From Setoptus koraiensis (Eukaryota > Animalia > Arthropoda), in NCBI GenBank assembly GCA_048013815.1, contig CM106586.1, positions 2,790,001 to 2,854,000 on the forward strand: 64,000 bases of DNA, given 5' to 3'. Each line of letters starts with the position of its first letter. Position 1 is the first letter of the stretch. Under the pieces are notes generated by a model. It saw nothing but the letters and a program-made list of their open reading frames with translations. It was not told the origin of the DNA and did no database searches. A program made the translations under genes and the position numbers. This document shows positions 63,827 to 64,000 of this stretch, one piece after another.

Positions 63827-64000
63827 ATGTCCTCGGAGAATGGCGTTGATTGCCATCTTAGCGTGGAACATTTTCGGACAATATTAAGCCAAAAAACAAG
63901 TCAACTAACACAACTATGTAATCACTGGTCAAAGATAGCCATAGTTATTGAGAGCGATAACGATGATGTCGCTGGCTCAATTAGATCAACAGTTGGACAA
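63827..64000 (+). CDS. GKAP-homology-domain protein (HURP/DLGAP5/Mars-like), partial, runs off the window end; not in the supplied ORF track
   Basis: Manual translation gives MSSENGVDCHLSVEHFRTILSQKTSQLTQLCNHWSKIAIVIESDNDDVAGSIRSTVGQ. This aligns with recalled HURP YFRNILQSETEKLTSHCFEW...DLIRTAVGQ. Frame is open to base 64000; in-frame TAA upstream at 63761-63763. Confidence 0.78.
   Translation, partial: MSSENGVDCHLSVEHFRTILSQKTSQLTQLCNHWSKIAIVIESDNDDVAGSIRSTVGQ

Overview
Eukaryotic (animal, probably arthropod) genomic DNA. An intron-poor acariform mite is a plausible guess from the intronless genes and Q/N-rich proteins, but I cannot confirm the organism. No prokaryotic features, CRISPR array, tRNA or rRNA were seen by eye. 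The window has two compartments. (1) About 1-54 kb is GC/CpG-rich (roughly 50% GC by eye) and almost entirely non-coding. It is full of (CAA/TTG)n microsatellites, short degenerate tandem arrays, palindromes and over-represented 6-8-mers (CTCACCTG, TTACGTAA, ATGCAAAT, GGGCCC). It contains a 4.7-kb low-complexity coding exon (21.0-25.7 kb) and a candidate 1.25-kb exon (26.7-28.0 kb). Both are splice-phase compatible with a 3.7-kb terminal exon (53.1-56.8 kb) encoding a Shroom-family ASD2/SD2 domain, which is split by a ~514-aa low-complexity insertion. (2) About 54.3-64 kb is AT-richer and gene-dense. It holds an intronless, expanded Mediator subunit MED24 on the minus strand (1375 aa) and, at the right edge and absent from the ORF track, the start of a GKAP-homology-domain (HURP/DLGAP5/Mars-like) gene. 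Nearly all other ORFs in the supplied track look like stop-free shadows of simple repeats. All motif counts are manual minimum counts and all family assignments come from recalled sequences, not database searches.
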